A stretch of DNA of 64,000 nucleotides from Actinomycetes bacterium (lineage in GTDB: Bacteria; Actinomycetota; Acidimicrobiia; IMCC26256; VFJJ01): the NCBI GenBank assembly GCA_031362415.1, contig JANLSK010000006.1, positions 21,868 to 85,867 of the forward strand, written 5' to 3'. The notes beneath the pieces are model-generated. The model was given only the letters and a program-made list of their open reading frames with translations, had not been told where the DNA came from and made no database searches. Made by a program: the position numbers and the translations under genes. Position 1 is the stretch's first letter, and each line of letters opens with the position of its first letter. Of the stretch, positions 7,042 through 16,488 are shown piece after piece.

Positions 7042-8448
7042 TCAGCGCAGGCGGAGGGTGACGGGACCGGCGGTCGGATCGACGCCGGCCAACCATCCAG
7101 CGTCGATCTCCACCGGACGCGTCGGCACCAGCCGGCCGAGGCTCTGACGATCGAGCGGATGACCGTCCTGCTCCACCACGAGCCGAGCGCTCCGTACCAG
7201 GTGACCAACACGGCCCACGAGACGATGACGGGGCGGCGGTCCGAGCCCGAGCGTCACGGCGCCGGGAGCCACCCACAGCAGCGGCGAATCGCAGACGATC
7301 GGAACGGTCACGGTGGGCCAGGCCCCGCCCCGGAGATAGGCCACGACGGCCGGTGCCGACGCCCGCCCGGCCAGCGAGCACACGTCGGCGGCCTCGGCCG
7401 GATGCACCAGGTTCCCCACGGCGAAGACCCCCTCGCGAGACGTGTGGCCGCCCTGGTCGGCCAGGGGGCCACCCGACCCGGGGTCGATGGTGAGGCCGCC
7501 GACACGGGCCAACTCGTGGTCGGGGATCCAGTCGCCGCTGAACACGACCGTGTCGCAGTCGATGCGCCGAGCTCGGCCCGTGCCCATGTCGACGATCTCG
7601 ACCGCTTCGACGACACCGTGACCGCCCACCAGGGAGACCACCCGCGAGCCGGTGTGCACCGGCACGCGCCAGCGCAGCGCCGCCGCCGCCCGCACGACCG
7701 GGAACGTCTGATGGCTGCGGTGCTCGGTGACCAGAGCGACCGTCCGGCATCCGGCATGGGCGAGCGTCATCACCGCCGAGAACGACACGTGCTCGGCACC
7801 GACAACCACGGCCCGACGGCCCACCTGCGCGGCCGTCATCTCCTTCATCGCCAACTGTTGCAAGGCTCCCGTGGTCAACACGCCGCGACCGGGACGGTCG
7901 CCGGCAACGAGCCGGGCTGCCCTCGGGCGCTCGCGGCACCCCGTGGCCAACACCACCGCGGTGGCCGTGAGCTCGCTCGGGCCGTCGGCGCTCGCGATCG
8001 TGAGGCGATGGTTCCCGTGGGCCGCACCGCCGGCGTCCGCGGCCGCGACCGGTGCCGCTTCACCGGCCGCACCCGAAGCGGCGGAGAGGTGGGCGGCCGT
8101 GGCCGTGTCTGGGGTGGCGTCCACTGCGCCGCATGTGTGGGACGCCGAGCCGGCTTCCGGGGCTTCGCCGGGTTCCCAGCCGGTCACGGTGGTGGCGCAG
8201 AGGATGTCGACACCCCACTGTCGGGCCCGGGCCACCAACGTCGACGCGTAGCGCGGGCCGCTCATCACCCGGTGGAGGTCGCGCAGCCCGAATCCGGTGT
8301 GGTCGCTGTGGCGCGGCGTGCCGCCAGCCTCGCGCTCGCGTTCGAGCACCGCGACCCGTCCCGCCCCCTGTTGGCGCAAGGCGGTTGCCGCAGCCAGACC
8401 CGCCGGCCCGCCACCGATCACGACAACGTCGAAGGTCGGGCTGCTCAC
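7042..8448 (-). CDS. NAD(P)/FAD-dependent oxidoreductase (pyridine nucleotide-disulfide oxidoreductase fold)
   Basis: FDVVVIGGGPAGLAAA dinucleotide motif right after GTG 8448..8446. A second Rossmann motif is RRAVVVGAEHVSFSA. The GTGA overlap with the upstream gene's stop sets the start. The longer track ORF N-terminus is Arg/Pro-rich junk. Confidence 0.8.
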   Translation of the reverse strand: MSSPTFDVVVIGGGPAGLAAATALRQQGAGRVAVLEREREAGGTPRHSDHTGFGLRDLHRVMSGPRYASTLVARARQWGVDILCATTVTGWEPGEAPEAGSASHTCGAVDATPDTATAAHLSAASGAAGEAAPVAAADAGGAAHGNHRLTIASADGPSELTATAVVLATGCRERPRAARLVAGDRPGRGVLTTGALQQLAMKEMTAAQVGRRAVVVGAEHVSFSAVMTLAHAGCRTVALVTEHRSHQTFPVVRAAAALRWRVPVHTGSRVVSLVGGHGVVEAVEIVDMGTGRARRIDCDTVVFSGDWIPDHELARVGGLTIDPGSGGPLADQGGHTSREGVFAVGNLVHPAEAADVCSLAGRASAPAVVAYLRGGAWPTVTVPIVCDSPLLWVAPGAVTLGLGPPPRHRLVGRVGHLVRSARLVVEQDGHPLDRQSLGRLVPTRPVEIDAGWLAGVDPTAGPVTLRLR

Positions 8449-9869
8449 CGCGATGCCCGGGCCAGGGATAGGGACGGGTCGAGGAGCGCCGTCACCTCGG
8501 CAAGACAGAAGTCGCCCTGGCATCGTCCGGCCAGGGCCCGGGTGCGCCGCCGCAGCCCGTCGAGATCGACCGGCGGGAGATCGCTGGCCAGTGCATCGAG
8601 GATCTCGCTGCGGGTCACCCGCTCGCAATGGCACATGATCGGGCCGCAGCCCGAGGCCTGGTAGCGCCGGGCTGCGGCCTCACCCAGGTTCGCCATCGTC
8701 GGCGGCGCGGCCAGCCCACCCGGGGCGCCCAGCCCACCCGGTTGCGCGGCATCGTGGAGTCCCATCTCGGCCACAAGGTGCTCGGCGATGGCCATGCTGG
8801 CGGTGAGGCCGGTTGAGCGAATGCCAGCCAGGCACGCGTACCGGCGATCGCGCTCCACTGTGATCTGGTAGTCACCAAGCTCGGTCACGGCTCGCAGCCC
8901 GGCGTCGGTGGCAGTGATCTCCTCGTGCGCCAAGGCCGGGAGGATACGTCGGGCCTCGGCCACCAGCGCTGCCAGACCACACTCGGTCGTCGAGCGATCG
9001 TCGTTGTCGGTGAGATCCTCGGCCGTCGGACCCACCATCACGTTGCCGAACACCGTCGGGCTCACCAGCACGCCCGTGGTCACGGCCGTCGGCACGGGGA
9101 GCACGATGTGGCGCAGAAGTGGACGGGCGAGCTTGTCGTACACGACCAGCTCGCCCCGCCGGGGCGTCACCGGCAATGGCGCCGGCCCGGGAGTGACCAT
9201 CCGGTCGATCTCGTCGGCGTGCAGCCCGGCCGCGTTCACCAGCCAGTCGGTGGTGATGACACCGTGCGGGGTCTCGAGCTCCCAACCCATGTGGCCGTTG
9301 GCTCCCAGGGTGTTCACGGCCAGCACGGGCGTGGAGCGCAGAACCTGTGCCCCGTTGCTCACGGCCTCGGTGGCGAACGCGAACACCGGCGTGTACGGGT
9401 CGATGATCGCCTCGCCGGGGACCGCCAGACCCCCGAGGGCTCCGGGACCGAGGTGGGGCTCGCGTTCGAAGACCTCGGCGGTCGTCAGGGCTCGGCACGC
9501 GTGGTAGCCGTTGGCCTCGGCCCGTTCCCGGAGCGACGGGAGCCACTCGACCTGCTCGTCGTCCCACGCAACGAGCACCGCTCCGGTGCGCTCGACGGCG
9601 ATACCGGTCGCTCGCGCGTAGTCGCCGAGGAGCTCGTAGCCCCAGGCCACCAGCCGCGCCTCGAGCGTTCCCGGCGTGGTGTCGAATCCCGTGTGGAGGA
9701 TGGCCGTGTCGACCACGCTCGTACCCGACCCGATGTCGGGAGCCGCCTCGACCAGCGCCACGCGGCGCATCGTGGTGCGCGACAAGGCCCGCAGGACGGC
9801 CGTCCCCACCACGCCCCCGCCGATCACCACGGCGTCGAAGCGCTCCGTGCCCGGCCACGTCTCACCCAT
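8445..9869 (-). CDS. FAD-dependent oxidoreductase (glycerol-3-phosphate/2-hydroxyglutarate oxidase-like) with C-terminal BFD-like [2Fe-2S] domain
   Basis: MGETWPGTERFDAVVIGGGVVGTAV starts from ATG 9869. The C-terminal CHCERVTRSEILDAL...RRRTRALAGRCQGDFC is the BFD-like Cys pattern. Confidence 0.85.
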   Translation of the reverse strand: MGETWPGTERFDAVVIGGGVVGTAVLRALSRTTMRRVALVEAAPDIGSGTSVVDTAILHTGFDTTPGTLEARLVAWGYELLGDYARATGIAVERTGAVLVAWDDEQVEWLPSLRERAEANGYHACRALTTAEVFEREPHLGPGALGGLAVPGEAIIDPYTPVFAFATEAVSNGAQVLRSTPVLAVNTLGANGHMGWELETPHGVITTDWLVNAAGLHADEIDRMVTPGPAPLPVTPRRGELVVYDKLARPLLRHIVLPVPTAVTTGVLVSPTVFGNVMVGPTAEDLTDNDDRSTTECGLAALVAEARRILPALAHEEITATDAGLRAVTELGDYQITVERDRRYACLAGIRSTGLTASMAIAEHLVAEMGLHDAAQPGGLGAPGGLAAPPTMANLGEAAARRYQASGCGPIMCHCERVTRSEILDALASDLPPVDLDGLRRRTRALAGRCQGDFCLAEVTALLDPSLSLARASR

Positions 9870-9960
9870 CGACACATCATCGCGGACCCAGCCGAACCCC
9901 GCCCTGCTGGGCAGAGTCATAGGAAAGGGACGACTACAAAAGGAAAAATGGGAGAGGCGG

Positions 9961-10179
9961 ATGGCCATGCATCTCACAAGGCTTGCTCTCGTTACCAGCG
10001 CGTTGGCATTGCTCTTCGCTTGCGGTTCCGAGCCGGAGAGCGCCGCTGCGGCACGCGCCGTGGTGCTAACGCACGACACGCCACCGCCGCACGATTGGTT
10101 CCTCGGGCTGCGCATGGGCTCGGTGAGCGCCGAGGTCGCCCACCATGCGCCGTGCCCCGTCGTCGTCGTCCCCAGAGGA
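9961..10179 (+). pseudogene. chimeric ORF: lipoprotein-type signal peptide fused to the last ~25 residues of a universal stress protein
   Basis: MAMHLTRLALVTSALALLFAC(GSEP) has a lipobox-like LFAC. It is followed by GLRMGSVSAEVAHHAPCPVVVVPRG, which matches the USP C-terminal consensus (GSVS..V..HA.CPV.VV). There is no USP core. The surrounding DNA (9900..10020) is visibly more AT-rich. Confidence 0.35.
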
Positions 10180-10337
10180 CACAGCACGTTTCCCACGAAC
10201 TCGCCACCCACTGAGCTGCGGCCCCGAGCACCTTCGGAGCGGGCGCGATCCGTGGGCGGCGTGGTGCTCCGGTGGGTGGCTCATTGGAGACGCCGTCGAT
10301 ACGCTGGCCCGGTCCTGTCGCTCACACCGGGGGAACG

Positions 10338-10760
10338 ATGGCCGTCACTGGGCTCGCGAACATCGCGGTGAAGGTCGCCGATCTCGATGCCGCGTGCGAC
10401 TTCTACCGGGCGGCTGGGGGTGAGATCCGTGACCGGATGCCCTGGCGCGACGGTGAGCGCGCCGACGCGTTTCTCGGCCCGGTGATGATCACGCTGTTCA
10501 CCCGGGCCATCTACGAGGATCGTGTGGCCGTTCCCGCCGAAGGGTTCCTGCACCCGGCGCTGTTCACCGACGATCTCGAGGCCCAGCTCGTCGGGCACGA
10601 CGTGGTCTGGGGACCCGAGGTGGTCGAGGGCGCGTTCGGCCGGCGCCGGATCGCTTTCGTCACCGCACCGGGTGGGATCAGGCTGGAGTTCATGGAGCAG
10701 CTCGAACCGGAACCGCCGAGCGACCCCGAGTCCGAGGATTCCCAAGGGGGCACAGGGTGA
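10338..10760 (+). CDS. VOC (glyoxalase/bleomycin-resistance/dioxygenase) family protein
   Basis: MAVTGLANIAVKVADLDAACDFYRAAGGE... starts from ATG 10338 with a gggggaa SD-like stretch upstream. The track ORF begins earlier, at 10272. Confidence 0.8.
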   Translation: MAVTGLANIAVKVADLDAACDFYRAAGGEIRDRMPWRDGERADAFLGPVMITLFTRAIYEDRVAVPAEGFLHPALFTDDLEAQLVGHDVVWGPEVVEGAFGRRRIAFVTAPGGIRLEFMEQLEPEPPSDPESEDSQGGTG

Positions 10761-11134
10761 AGGCTCGGCGCATCCATCACGTGTCGGTGAACGTCAACGG
10801 CGTCGATGTCGACGAGATGGTCGCGTTCTATCGAGACGTGCTGGGCCTCCACGACCTGGCTCGGCCCGAGATCCCCGGTGTTCCCGGGCATTGGCACGCG
10901 GTGGGCGATGTGGAGCTCCATCTCGTAGGCGCTCCCACACGAGGGACCCACGTCGACTCGCACGCTCACCACGTCTGCGTGACGGTCGACGACATCGACG
11001 CCGCGGTCGGCGAGCTCGTCGACCGGGGCATCGAGCACGTGAGAGGGGTTCAAGGTTCGGGAACCGTGCAGATCTGGTTCACCGACCCGGCGGGGAACAC
11101 GATCGAGTTGCAGCAGGAGACCCATCCCACATGA
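10757..11134 (+). CDS. VOC family protein
   Basis: 125 aa. Contains IHHVSVNVNGVDVDEMVAFYRDVLGL...HVCVTVDDIDAAV..L...G. It has a GTGA overlap with the previous VOC gene. Confidence 0.85.
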   Translation: MKARRIHHVSVNVNGVDVDEMVAFYRDVLGLHDLARPEIPGVPGHWHAVGDVELHLVGAPTRGTHVDSHAHHVCVTVDDIDAAVGELVDRGIEHVRGVQGSGTVQIWFTDPAGNTIELQQETHPT

Positions 11135-11166
11135 CGTTCGCTGGGATGGTCAGGGATAGTGGCGGG

Positions 11167-11202
11167 GGTGGTGGTGGTGGTGGTGGTGGTGGTGGTGGTG
11201 GT
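11167..11202. repeat. (GGT)12 trinucleotide microsatellite, intergenic
   Basis: Twelve perfect ggt units, counted by hand. It lies between the stop at 11134 and the ATG at 11296. Confidence 0.95.
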
Positions 11203-11295
11203 GAGGCGCCCGATTTCGAGCAGTGTTCAGTTGGACACGGAATGTGACGTCGTTGTGAACATCGTTCGGCGCACTTCGAGCGGAGCCACACGCCG

Positions 11296-12399
11296 ATGAC
11301 GTTCACGCCGTACGCGCACCGACCGGTCCGGGCCGCGATCGTGGGCCTGGGTCGTATCTACGACCTCAACGTGCGGGGCTACGTCGGCAACCCCGACGTG
11401 GAGGTCGTGGCTCTCGTCGACCCGAGCGAGGAGCGACGAGCGCAGCGCCAGGTCGACTGGCCGGGCTCGGCCACATTCTCCTCGGCCGCCGAGCTCGCCG
11501 CGAGTGGCATCGAGGTTGACGCGGTCGAGGCTCTGCTGCCGATCCCCTTGCACGTCGCGGGCGTTGTCGAGCTGCTCGGCCATGGCTGGCACGTGAACCT
11601 GCAGAAGCCGATGTGCAACGACCTCGCCAGTGCCGAGCGGATGCTCGAGGCAGCTCGCCGCAATGACCGCGTCTTACGGGTGATGGAGAACTACCTGTTC
11701 TACGAGCCGCTGCGGAAGCTCAAGGCTGTGGTCGAGTCGGGCGAGATCGGTGCAGTGAGCGGTTACCACATGAAGATGGTGGGCAGCGGCCGCGGCGGGT
11801 GGGACGTCCCGATGAGCAGCTTCGACTGGCAGCTCCAGCAGATGCGCCAAGGGCGCGGGATCCTCGTCTTCGACGACGGCTGGCACAAGCTCGCCACTGC
11901 GCTCTGGTTGTTCGGTCCCGTCAAGGAAGTGCGGGCCTGGATCGGCGCCACCGAGGTTGCGCCGACCATCAGCATCGACGCTCCCACCACCATTTCCTGG
12001 GAGCACGACAACGGCGTGCGCGGAGTGTGGGACATCACGCTGGCGCCCGAGCTGTACCTGCGGTCCGACTACTACACCAACGACGAGCGCTGGGAGGTGA
12101 CCGGCCGCAAGGGGTTCGCCCGGGTCAACCGCTGCACGGGTCGCGGCGTGCAACAACCCAGCCTGGAGGTGTACGCCGACGGCGAGATGCGCGGCTTCCA
12201 TGCGCTCGACGACGACTGGGCGAGCAGCTTCCGCGACTCGGGGCGGCACTGGCTTCGCTGGCTCCGAACCGGCGACGGCCCCCTCCTGTGGAGCGGCGAG
12301 GAGGCGGTCGACGTGCTCCGCTTCGCCCTGGCCGCATACGCAAGCAGCGAGCAGGGCGGCCTCGGCATCGACCCGTCCACCGTGGCGTACCCGGCGTAA
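11296..12399 (+). CDS. Gfo/Idh/MocA family oxidoreductase
   Basis: 367 aa. Contains VRAAIVGLGRIYD Rossmann start and EKP-like LQKPM motif. Confidence 0.85.
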   Translation: MTFTPYAHRPVRAAIVGLGRIYDLNVRGYVGNPDVEVVALVDPSEERRAQRQVDWPGSATFSSAAELAASGIEVDAVEALLPIPLHVAGVVELLGHGWHVNLQKPMCNDLASAERMLEAARRNDRVLRVMENYLFYEPLRKLKAVVESGEIGAVSGYHMKMVGSGRGGWDVPMSSFDWQLQQMRQGRGILVFDDGWHKLATALWLFGPVKEVRAWIGATEVAPTISIDAPTTISWEHDNGVRGVWDITLAPELYLRSDYYTNDERWEVTGRKGFARVNRCTGRGVQQPSLEVYADGEMRGFHALDDDWASSFRDSGRHWLRWLRTGDGPLLWSGEEAVDVLRFALAAYASSEQGGLGIDPSTVAYPA

Positions 12400-12452
12400 C
12401 CCAGCCTTGCGCCGACGATCGCAGGCTCAGGCCGCTCGGCCGTAGCGTAGGG

Positions 12453-14102
12453 CTACTCGCTCTCTCCGGCGTAGGTGCCGAAGGACCAAAGGTTGCCTTC
12501 GGGATCGCGGATGGTGAAGACGAGGCCATCGGGGTCGTACTCAGGGGCCTCGGGGGCGGCGACGACCACAACCCCGGCGGCGGTGCAGCGCTCGTACACC
12601 GCCAGCGGGTCGGCGGTGATCACGTAGAGGCTCTCGGTACCGGTCGGACGCTCGGAGAACGGGTTGCCGGCCCGGTTGGCTGTCGCTGCTTGGACCACGC
12701 CCCCTTCGGGCCAGCGCAGTTGGCTGTGCTCGATGATCTCCGGGTCGGAGCCGGGCACGATGAGATCGGTCTCGAAGCCCAGCACCTCGACCATGAAGCG
12801 GATCCCGGCTCCGGCGTCGGCAAAATTGAGCGCGGCCCAGATCCCCCCTCGAGCCCGGCGATCGACGGGACGGGCCCTGCGGGTCACCACCCCCACGCCC
12901 GCAGCCACGCCCACGCCCTTGTCTCCGGCACCGTTGCCATCCGCCAACGTGAGCGGGTGGCCCATGCGCGCGAAGGCTTCCGATATCGAGCCGCCGAAGA
13001 ACGAAGCCTGCACGTTGGACGGGACGTCGGCGAGCAACGACTCGTAGTAGGTGACAGGGTCGGGGTTTCCCTCGTTGTGGGCGTAGTCGCTCGAGAAAAC
13101 GACGGACTCGGGCAGCATCTCGAGCAACCGCAAGGGATTCTGGTCGGGCGTCGGCAACGGGGTTATCCGTACGTTCCGGCGCACGAACTCGGTCGGCGAC
13201 AATGACCACGGGTAGTCGCCGAAGTACACCCGCGGATTCACGGAACGGCGGGCATTGCGCTGTTCCATGTGCTCGACGGTTCCCCCGAACCAGTGGATGC
13301 CGCACTCGGCGATCAGCACGGTCAGCTCAGGATGGCGCTCGAACACGCCGCCGAAGACCATCCCGTTCAGGAACACCTGGATCTGCTGGTGTCCCTGGCA
13401 CACGCCGAGTTGGCGCAGCAGGGTGATGTCGCCTTCGACGTTGGCCCAGCCGTCGGCGAACATGGCCGGGTTGGCGCCCACGTGCAGGATGGCCAGCATC
13501 CCGAGATCGACCGCAGCCGACCAGATCTTGTCGTAGCCCGAGTGGAAATGCGGGATGCCGTTGACGGGCACCGCACTGATGAGGAACGACCGGCTTCCCA
13601 AGGCCCGCATACGGGTCATCTCGGCGACGGCCCAGTCGAGATCCTCGAAGGTGAGCGCCGTCGTGGGCCAGAGCCGATCGGTGTAGCCCTGATGGCACTC
13701 ACCCATGTAGGTGTTACCAGCAGCGATGAGGTCACGGGACGCGACCCGATCATCGAGGAACCGGGTGGAGGTGAGGCCGCGCAGGGAGATGATGTTCTGC
13801 GCGTCGATGCCCCGCGCGTCCAGCCAGGCCAATCGTTTGGCCGGATCGGCCAGACCGCTCTGCTCGGCACCCTCGTAAGCGAACCCCTCGACACGCTCGA
13901 ACCCGGCGATGGCTGCCGCGCCCGGAGGGAGGAGATCAGCCAGCGCAGGCCACTGCTGACGAGGAAGGGTCGTCAGCAGATCGCCGGCCACGAAGCGCAT
14001 CGTGACCTCGCCAACGTCGTAGGGCGGGAGTCCCGCTCGCTGCCAGGCCTCGGCGATCACGTCTTCCGGTGGCTCACCGTGCGAGTCGACGTCGATGATC
14101 AT
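12453..14102 (-). CDS. amidohydrolase-2 (ACMSD-like metal hydrolase) fused in frame to a C-terminal VOC/glyoxalase domain
   Basis: MIIDVDSHGEPP... and ...VVFSSDYAHNEG are amidohydrolase-2 hallmarks. After a Gly/Arg-rich linker comes GIWAALNFADAGAGIRFMVEVLGFE...HSQLRWPEGGVVQ...FTIRDPEGNLWSFGTY, a complete VOC module. Confidence 0.8.
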   Translation of the reverse strand: MIIDVDSHGEPPEDVIAEAWQRAGLPPYDVGEVTMRFVAGDLLTTLPRQQWPALADLLPPGAAAIAGFERVEGFAYEGAEQSGLADPAKRLAWLDARGIDAQNIISLRGLTSTRFLDDRVASRDLIAAGNTYMGECHQGYTDRLWPTTALTFEDLDWAVAEMTRMRALGSRSFLISAVPVNGIPHFHSGYDKIWSAAVDLGMLAILHVGANPAMFADGWANVEGDITLLRQLGVCQGHQQIQVFLNGMVFGGVFERHPELTVLIAECGIHWFGGTVEHMEQRNARRSVNPRVYFGDYPWSLSPTEFVRRNVRITPLPTPDQNPLRLLEMLPESVVFSSDYAHNEGNPDPVTYYESLLADVPSNVQASFFGGSISEAFARMGHPLTLADGNGAGDKGVGVAAGVGVVTRRARPVDRRARGGIWAALNFADAGAGIRFMVEVLGFETDLIVPGSDPEIIEHSQLRWPEGGVVQAATANRAGNPFSERPTGTESLYVITADPLAVYERCTAAGVVVVAAPEAPEYDPDGLVFTIRDPEGNLWSFGTYAGESE

Positions 14103-14132
14103 GCTGGCTCCTCGTGGGTTGACGCTCAGCGA

Positions 14133-14870
14133 TCAGTTTCGCACGGCCGCCGCAGCGGCCTCGGCGATGAACGTGTCGAAGAACCGCTGCTGCACGGGGT
14201 CGGTGGCTGCGGTGTCTTCGGGATGCCATTGCACGGCGACGATCCAGGCATCGCTCTCGTGCTCGAGCGCCTCGACGACCCCGTCGTCGGCCCGGGCCGT
14301 GACGACCAGCCCGTCACCAACCCGATCGACGGCCTGATGGTGCCACGACAGGCACATCGGCCGATCGGTCCCCAACGCCTTGTACACGCGTGAACCCGCC
14401 TCCACGGTCACCTCGTGCAGCACCCCGCGACGGTGCTCGATGGTGCCGGCGACATCGGGAACGTGCTGCACCAGCGTGCCGCCCAGCGCGACGTTGAGCA
14501 CCTGATGACCCCGGCATATGGCCAGGGTCGGCGTCCCGGTGGCGATCGCGGCACGAGCCAGCGCCAGCTCGAAGGCGTCGGAGTCGGCGCTGGTGCCGTA
14601 CACCTCGGCGTGCGGGTCCTGGCCGTATCGGGCCGGGTCGACGTCGCCGCCGCCGATCAGCACCAGACCGTCGAAGCGCTCCAGCCTCTCGGCCGCAGCG
14701 TCGTCGGTGAGCGGGATGGGGAGCTGCACCGCCTCGAGACCGCCGGCCCTTTGGATGGCGTCGATGTAGGCCCGGGAGCACGCCATCACGTTCTCCCGGT
14801 AGCCCTCGATCTGGGCCTTGGGGACGGGCCGCGATGTCACGGCGATCAGCGGACCACGATCACGAGCCAT
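14133..14870 (-). CDS. gamma-glutamyl-gamma-aminobutyrate hydrolase family protein (class I glutamine amidotransferase, peptidase C26)
   Basis: 245 aa. Contains LVLIGGGDVDP, nucleophile elbow ICRGHQVLNVALGGTL, and HHQAV...WHPE. Confidence 0.85.
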   Translation of the reverse strand: MARDRGPLIAVTSRPVPKAQIEGYRENVMACSRAYIDAIQRAGGLEAVQLPIPLTDDAAAERLERFDGLVLIGGGDVDPARYGQDPHAEVYGTSADSDAFELALARAAIATGTPTLAICRGHQVLNVALGGTLVQHVPDVAGTIEHRRGVLHEVTVEAGSRVYKALGTDRPMCLSWHHQAVDRVGDGLVVTARADDGVVEALEHESDAWIVAVQWHPEDTAATDPVQQRFFDTFIAEAAAAAVRN

Positions 14871-15041
14871 GCACCCACCTGCGGTCGAAGGACGCCATCA
14901 GCGAGACAGCCCAACGCTACCCCGACTGCGTTGGCTTACGACCGGAGCGCCGGCCTCGGACCCGACGGGCGACGAGACCGGCGCAGACACCGGCCTCGTC
15001 GCGCCGCGGAGCCTGCGCCCCGGCCATGACCTCGGTGAGAG

Positions 15042-16148
15042 CTATCCGACGGTGAAGGCCTGCGTCATCCCGTGGGCGAGGTGGGGTGTTCCGTCGGCGT
15101 TGGGGATGTAGCAGAACATCATGTACTCACCAGGGACGAGGTCGACGGTCAGTACCTCGTCGTCGCCAGGAAGGGCCACATACGAGCCGAAGAACGCGGC
15201 GACGGCGTCCTCGTCCTCGCTGCCGAACGCCTGCTCGGCGGTGAAGCCCTCGGCGGCCTGCAGGATCACCATGACGTGGGACAGCTCACCGTCGTTGGTC
15301 ATGGTGAACGTGGTCGGCCCCGCTGCCGGCGGGTCGAAGGCGAAGGCGAACTCCGTCGCTGACACCGCAACCTGGGCCGCCTCGGGGTCGGGCTCGGTGA
15401 TGGCCGGGTCCTGGAAGTCGCCCGGGTCCTGGGGGATGCCGCAGTGCTCGGCGTTGAAGGTATTGATGACCACGATGCGCTCGTAGGACTCTCGGACAAG
15501 GCCGAGACCAGGGTCCCCGGCAGCGATGCCCTCACGGAACGCGGCGACCACGATATCGACGTCGCCGCTGATCTCGTCGGGCGCGTTTACTTCGAGGGCG
15601 CCGAGCAGCTCCTCGGTCGGGACCGGTTCGTCTTCGATCTGCGCGGCGACGGTGCACCAGTCGGCGAACTCGGCGTCGATGTCACCCGATGCGATCTCGT
15701 CGGCCTCGTCGCCGGCCACCTCGGGCCCGCACGTCTCGATCTCGAAGGATGTGATGATCTCGAGCGCCGGCGCCACCTCGGGGTCGGCGAAGACGCTCTG
15801 TGGGTTACCGGAGTCGACGGCAGCAATGAACGCCGGCACCACGATCGCCAACTGGTCCTGGATGTCGTCGGGGGCCACCTCCTGGTAGGCGGTGAGTTGG
15901 TCGACGGTGGGGAAGTCTCCTGCGTTGAGCTCGGTGGCCAGCCTGCAGTACTCGTCGAGCTCGCCCGCACCTCCGCCCTCGGGGGCCGCCGTCCCGATCG
16001 TCGTCGCGGCCGTCGTCGTGATCGCGGCCGGGGCCACCGTGGTCGCGATCGCGGCCTGGTCGGCGGCTTCGTCATCGTCGCCGCAACCTGCGGCCGCGAG
16101 GGTGAGTGCGAGCACCGTGGCCGTGAAGTACCTGTGTCGTGTGTTCAT
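15042..16148 (-). CDS. lipoprotein with two Cys-pair repeat domains and a C-terminal cupredoxin-like domain
   Basis: ATG 16148 has SD gaaggag upstream. MNTRHRYFTATVLALTLAAAGCGDDD is a signal peptide plus lipobox-like Cys. Two ~95-aa repeats are each bounded by (Y/W)C ... (T/H)CG. The C-terminus FTMTNDGELSHVMV...MFCYIPNADGTPHLAHGM has an H/C/H/M pattern like type-1 copper sites. Confidence 0.75.
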   Translation of the reverse strand: MNTRHRYFTATVLALTLAAAGCGDDDEAADQAAIATTVAPAAITTTAATTIGTAAPEGGGAGELDEYCRLATELNAGDFPTVDQLTAYQEVAPDDIQDQLAIVVPAFIAAVDSGNPQSVFADPEVAPALEIITSFEIETCGPEVAGDEADEIASGDIDAEFADWCTVAAQIEDEPVPTEELLGALEVNAPDEISGDVDIVVAAFREGIAAGDPGLGLVRESYERIVVINTFNAEHCGIPQDPGDFQDPAITEPDPEAAQVAVSATEFAFAFDPPAAGPTTFTMTNDGELSHVMVILQAAEGFTAEQAFGSEDEDAVAAFFGSYVALPGDDEVLTVDLVPGEYMMFCYIPNADGTPHLAHGMTQAFTVG

Positions 16149-16488
16149 CGTCTCTCCTTCGTCAGTCGCATGACGACCCTCGTGCTCGGGAACTCGATGC
16201 ACAGCAGCTCGAAGTGAGTCGCTGCGACCAACGCGCACCCTGCCCGTGAAGCTCCCCGGAAACCGGGCCTGAACGACGGGGCTGCGTGCCTGTCCACATC
16301 GTCCGCTCCCCGCGCCCCGGAAGCGATCGCGTGGCAGAGGTATCTCGCTGTCCGAGCAGTAAGGCTCAGGTAACCGGATGGGCAGGCTCGTCCTCGGGCG
16401 CAGCAGTGGCGCAGCGCACCCGTCCCCCATCCGAGCACTTGTCACCAGCGACATCACAGACCGTGTCCTCGTGAACACTTCTCGGGGG

